From Acidobacteriota bacterium (GTDB taxonomy: Bacteria; Acidobacteriota; G020349885), in NCBI GenBank assembly GCA_020349885.1, contig CP070701.1, positions 32,498 through 96,497 of the forward strand: a stretch of DNA of 64,000 bases, read 5' to 3'. The position numbers and the translations under genes were made by a program. Positions within the stretch are counted from its first letter, which is position 1; each line of letters starts with the position of its first letter. A model generated the notes under the pieces. It made no database searches and was not told the DNA's origin. It worked only from the letters and a program-made list of their open reading frames with translations. Of the stretch, positions 60,439 to 64,000 are shown in pieces.

Positions 60439-60752
60439 TGGTAAAACGAAGCAGGGAAGCCCCGGATGCTGCAAAGGAGCGGGAGCGGCTCTACCGCGCC
60501 GTTCTTTCGCTTCGCACGGTGGAAGAGTGCGAGCAGTTCTTCCGCGACCTCTGCACGCTTTACGAGATTGACGCCTTGACCGAGCGGTGGCACGTGGCGC
60601 GCGAGCTGCACCGCGGCCGCAGCTACCGCGCCGTAAGCCGGACGACGGGCGCCAGCACGACCACCGTCACAAGGGTCGCGCACTGGCTACGAAACGGCAC
60701 CGGCGGCTACCGCGTCGTTTTGGACCGCCTTATGGGAAAGCCGTCGCTATGA
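60438..60752 (+). CDS. YerC/YecD (TrpR-like) family DNA-binding protein
   Basis: The 104-aa protein has the conserved YerC C-terminal HTH (SYRAVSRTTGASTTTVTRVAHWL). It lies immediately upstream of hisG, as in other his operons. Confidence 0.7.
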   Translation: MVKRSREAPDAAKERERLYRAVLSLRTVEECEQFFRDLCTLYEIDALTERWHVARELHRGRSYRAVSRTTGASTTTVTRVAHWLRNGTGGYRVVLDRLMGKPSL

Positions 60753-60810
60753 AGTTTTTGAGAGAACTGCGGAAGCAATTTGAAATTTTTTCGGAGGCCT
60801 TGAACATTTT

Positions 60811-61683
60811 ATGAAGCGAAACAAGAACAACCTGACCATCGCGCTCCAGAAAGACGGCCGCCTCACCGAGCCCAGCCTGAACCTCCTGCGGGGCATGGGG
60901 CTGGAGTTCGAGGTGGACGCGCGGCGGCTTCTCGCCCCGTGCCGCAATTTCGACCTCGACATTCTCTTCCTGCGCTCGGGCGATATTCCTGAGCACATCG
61001 CCGCGGGCGCCGTGGACCTGGGCGTCGTGGGCGAAAACGTCCTCTTCGAGCACGGGGCGCGCCTTCGCGTCTTGGAGCGCCTGGGGTTCGGCCAATGCCA
61101 GCTCATGATCGCCGTGCCCAAGGCGAGCGGCCTTCGCAGGCTCCGGGACCTTCGCGGGCTTCGAGTCGCGACGACGTATCCGCGCTCCCTGAAGAAATTC
61201 CTCGCGCGTAAGAAGGTCGCGGCGAGCATCGTGGAGATTTCCGGCTCCGTGGAGGCCGCGCCGGCGCTCGGCATCGCCGACGCCGTCTGCGACTTGGTCG
61301 CGACGGGAAGCACGCTTCGCATCAACGAGCTCGTGCCGCTCGAGACGGTGTTTTCTTCGGAGGCGGTGCTGGCCGCGAACGGCGTCGCCCCGCGCGGGCG
61401 CAAGGGCGCCCAGATCGAGCGCCTGCGCATGCGCGCGCGGAGCGTCCGCACGGCCCGCCGCGCCAAGTACATCATGCTCAACGCCCCCGAGTCGGCGCTC
61501 CCCCGCATCAAGCGCGTCATTCCGAGCCTCAAGAGCCCGACGGTCATCCCACTCGCCGAGCCAGGCATGATCGCCGTCCACTCCGTGGTCGACGAAGAGG
61601 TGCTCTGGGACGTGATCGAAAAAATCAAGCGCCTCGGAGGCTCCGAGATTCTCGTGATGTCCATCGAGAAGGAGATTCCATGA
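60811..61683 (+). CDS. hisG: ATP phosphoribosyltransferase, long form (HisG with C-terminal regulatory domain)
   Basis: The HisG core is present (LTIALQKDGRLTE...DLGVVGENVL...CDLVATGSTLR). A roughly 80-aa C-terminal regulatory domain follows. Confidence 0.9.
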   Translation: MKRNKNNLTIALQKDGRLTEPSLNLLRGMGLEFEVDARRLLAPCRNFDLDILFLRSGDIPEHIAAGAVDLGVVGENVLFEHGARLRVLERLGFGQCQLMIAVPKASGLRRLRDLRGLRVATTYPRSLKKFLARKKVAASIVEISGSVEAAPALGIADAVCDLVATGSTLRINELVPLETVFSSEAVLAANGVAPRGRKGAQIERLRMRARSVRTARRAKYIMLNAPESALPRIKRVIPSLKSPTVIPLAEPGMIAVHSVVDEEVLWDVIEKIKRLGGSEILVMSIEKEIP

Positions 61684-62963
61684 ATTTTTCCTGGAAGCGT
61701 TTTAAGGAACTGAGCGGGCCGGAGCGCCGGGAGCTTCTCGACCGCACGCCTTCGGATGAAGAGGCCGAGGCGGCCGTCCGCCCCATCCTCGACGCGGTGG
61801 CGCGCGAGGGGGACGGTGCGGTGCGTGCGTGGAGCGAAAAGCTCGACGGGGTGCGCCTCGAATCGCTCCGGGTGCCTGAAGAGGAGATTTCCCGCGCTGC
61901 GGACGCCATGCCGAAGGCGTTTTTCGACGCGCTCGAAACCGCGCGCCGCAATATAGAAACTTTTCACACCGCGGTAAAGCCCCCCTCCGAGGTGGCGGCC
62001 GCGCCGCGGGACGGGGTGGAGCTGCGCCGCTTGTGGCGGCCCTTCGAGCGCGTGGGCTTCTACGTCCCCGGAGGCGGCGCGTCGTATCCCTCGACCGTGC
62101 TGATGCTCGCGGTGCCGGCGCGCGTCGCCGGGTGCCGCGACGTGGCGCTCGCCTCGCCGCCGGACAGGGAGGGGCGCGTCGCGCGGGCGACGCTTGCGGC
62201 CGCCCGCTTCGCGGGTGTTGAAGAAATGTACCGCATCGGCGGGGCGATGGCCGTCGGCGCTTTCGCCTACGGAACGCCGAGCGTGCCCGCCGTAGAGAAG
62301 GTATTCGGCCCCGGCAGCCGGTACGTGGACGCCGCCAAGCGCTTGGTGGCCGACCGCACGGCCGTGGACCTGCCTGCCGGCCCGTCGGAGGTTCTCGTGC
62401 TCGCCGACGAGTCGGCCGAGCCCCGCTTCTGCGCCGCCGACCTCCTCTCGCAGGCCGAGCACGGCCCCGACTCGGTCGCCGTCCTCGTGACCACGAGCGA
62501 GCGCGTCGCGCGCGAGACCGCCTCCGAGGTCGCACGGCAGCTTGAGAGGAGTCCCAGGCGGGAAATTCTGGAAGCCGCGCTGCGGCGCATGAGACTGCTC
62601 GTCGTCGACTCGGTCGACGAGGCCGTCGCTCTCGCAAACGATTTCGCCCCCGAGCACCTGGTCCTCACGGTCGAGGCCGGGGACGAGGTCCTCGGCAAGG
62701 TGCGGTGCGCGGGCTCGGTGCTCCTGGGCCCCTACTCGCCCGTCGCGGCGGGGGACTACGCCGCCGGAATCAACCACGTGCTTCCGACGGGCGGGGCCGC
62801 GCGCACCCGGAGCGCGCTCTCCGTCCTGGACTTCGGACGCATGATGCAGGTTACTCGCATCTCGCGGAGCGGCCTCGAGTCCCTGCGCGGCGCCATTGTG
62901 GCCCTGGCCGAGACCGAGACGCTCGCCGCCCACGCCGAAGCCGTAAAGGAGCGCTTCCGATGA
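61680..62963 (+). CDS. hisD: Histidinol dehydrogenase
   Basis: HisD signatures are present (FYVPGGGASYPSTVLM; SQAEHGPDS; the GDY...INHVLPTGGAAR Zn-site region). Confidence 0.92.
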   Translation: MNFSWKRFKELSGPERRELLDRTPSDEEAEAAVRPILDAVAREGDGAVRAWSEKLDGVRLESLRVPEEEISRAADAMPKAFFDALETARRNIETFHTAVKPPSEVAAAPRDGVELRRLWRPFERVGFYVPGGGASYPSTVLMLAVPARVAGCRDVALASPPDREGRVARATLAAARFAGVEEMYRIGGAMAVGAFAYGTPSVPAVEKVFGPGSRYVDAAKRLVADRTAVDLPAGPSEVLVLADESAEPRFCAADLLSQAEHGPDSVAVLVTTSERVARETASEVARQLERSPRREILEAALRRMRLLVVDSVDEAVALANDFAPEHLVLTVEAGDEVLGKVRCAGSVLLGPYSPVAAGDYAAGINHVLPTGGAARTRSALSVLDFGRMMQVTRISRSGLESLRGAIVALAETETLAAHAEAVKERFR

Positions 62964-64000
62964 AAGCCGATCCCTCGACAAGGCTCGGGACAAGCTCGCT
63001 CGTGCGGACGCACCTCCGCGATGCAGAGGCTTACTCGAGCGCGCGGCACCTCGCGCAGGAAGGAATTTTCTTCGACGCGAACGAGAACGCCTACGGCTCC
63101 GTGCTGGCGGAAGCGGACGCCGGGGCTTTGCGGCTCGGCGAGAAGCTGAATCGCTATCCCGACCCGCTCCAGCGCGAGCTGCGCTCCGCCCTGGCCGCCT
63201 ACGCAGGCGTCGGAGTAGAGCAGGTGTTCGCGGGCTCGGGCTCGGACGAGGCCATCGACTGCCTTCTCAAGGCGTTCGTTGAGCCGGGGGAGTCCGTGGT
63301 CGTCTGCACGCCGACCTACGGCATGTACCCCGTCGCGGCGACGCTCCACGGGGCCGAGGTGCGCGAGGCGCCGCTCGACGGGGCGTTCGACCTGGACGTG
63401 GACGCCGTGCTGGGCCGAGGGCGGGACGCCAAGCTCGCGTTCTGCTGCTCGCCCAACAACCCCACGGGAAACCTCCTATCGCGCGACCGCGTCTTCGCGC
63501 TGTGCGAGGGATTCCGGGGGCTCGTCGTTCTGGACGAGGCCTACGTTGAGTTCTCGCAATGCGTTTCTTTAGTCTCGGAGCTTGAACTGTGCTCCAACCT
63601 CGTGGTTCTGCGCACGATGTCCAAGGCGTGGGGCCTCGCGGCCGCACGCGTCGGCTACGCCTTGGCGGCGGACGACGTCGTGTCCTATTTGCTGAAGGTC
63701 AAGATGCCTTACAACATGAACAAGCTCTCGGAAGGGACGGCCTTGGCCGCCCTCGCGCGCACGGAGCGGCTCGCCGAGCTCAAGAAGAAAATCCTGGCCG
63801 AGCGCGGCCGCCTGGCGGAGCGCCTCGAAAAACTCGGCGCGCGCGTGTATCCCTCGGAGGCGAATTTTCTCCTCGTGCGCTTTCCCGGTGCGGCCGAGGC
63901 GGCGAAGGCGCTCGCCGGGCGCGGCCTCATCGTGCGCACGTGGAGCCGGGAGCCGAGACTCGAAGACTGCATGCGCATCACCGTGGGGCGTCCCGAGGAG
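62960..64000 (+). CDS. hisC: Histidinol-phosphate aminotransferase (5' portion; runs off window end)
   Basis: Class-II aminotransferase features are present (YPDP; CSPNNPTGN; the PLP-Lys context RTMSKAWGLAAARVGY). No stop appears before position 64000. Confidence 0.85.
   Translation, partial: MKADPSTRLGTSSLVRTHLRDAEAYSSARHLAQEGIFFDANENAYGSVLAEADAGALRLGEKLNRYPDPLQRELRSALAAYAGVGVEQVFAGSGSDEAIDCLLKAFVEPGESVVVCTPTYGMYPVAATLHGAEVREAPLDGAFDLDVDAVLGRGRDAKLAFCCSPNNPTGNLLSRDRVFALCEGFRGLVVLDEAYVEFSQCVSLVSELELCSNLVVLRTMSKAWGLAAARVGYALAADDVVSYLLKVKMPYNMNKLSEGTALAALARTERLAELKKKILAERGRLAERLEKLGARVYPSEANFLLVRFPGAAEAAKALAGRGLIVRTWSREPRLEDCMRITVGRPEE

Overview
This 64 kb window is a high-GC (about 65-70 %) bacterial chromosomal segment. 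Its gene content, with many TPR proteins, a eukaryotic-like Ser/Thr kinase and secreted peptidases, is reminiscent of a Myxococcota or deltaproteobacterial-type genome. I found no CRISPR array, integrase, transposase or other obvious mobile or defence element.

Most of the window is densely packed core-genome operons:
- A rod-shape cluster mreB-mreC-mreD-mrdA(PBP2)-rodA, followed by mlaE-mlaF-mlaD and rsmG.
- A second block with MBL hydrolase, MscS and queC, then a divergent Hfq/Sm-like gene, pdxA, tRNA-Cys(GCA), an orphan archease, recA and an NhaC-type antiporter.
- tdh-kbl, with ridA and an acyl-CoA dehydrogenase on the opposite strand.
- A branched-chain 2-oxoacid dehydrogenase operon with lipA (lipA-E1alpha-E1beta-E2) on the minus strand.
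- A yerC-hisG-hisD-hisC operon running off the 3' end of the window.

The non-routine parts are:
- A roughly 5 kb low-GC (43-55 %) island at 24.8-29.8 kb. It carries a large polytopic membrane protein and an atypical secreted M1-like gluzincin, and sits next to a transglutaminase-like protein and a Pro-rich repeat protein.
- A small 55-aa lysine-rich histone-H1-like protein with its own strong promoter in an AT-rich pocket.
- A 983-aa protein combining an Ala-rich helical-repeat array, a degenerate pseudokinase and an intact Hanks-type kinase.
- An Hfq-like Sm protein with long low-complexity tails.
- An (ATGACC)x4 / (GGTCAT)x3 repeat element across the pgsA stop codon.
- Several candidate cis-regulatory elements: a 170-nt leader before a FecR-like/GAF-GGDEF pair, an 11-mer shared upstream of tdh and kbl, and a perfect 16-bp palindrome on the yerC-his promoter.

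Every call is from reading the sequence and the six-frame translations only. No database search was run.
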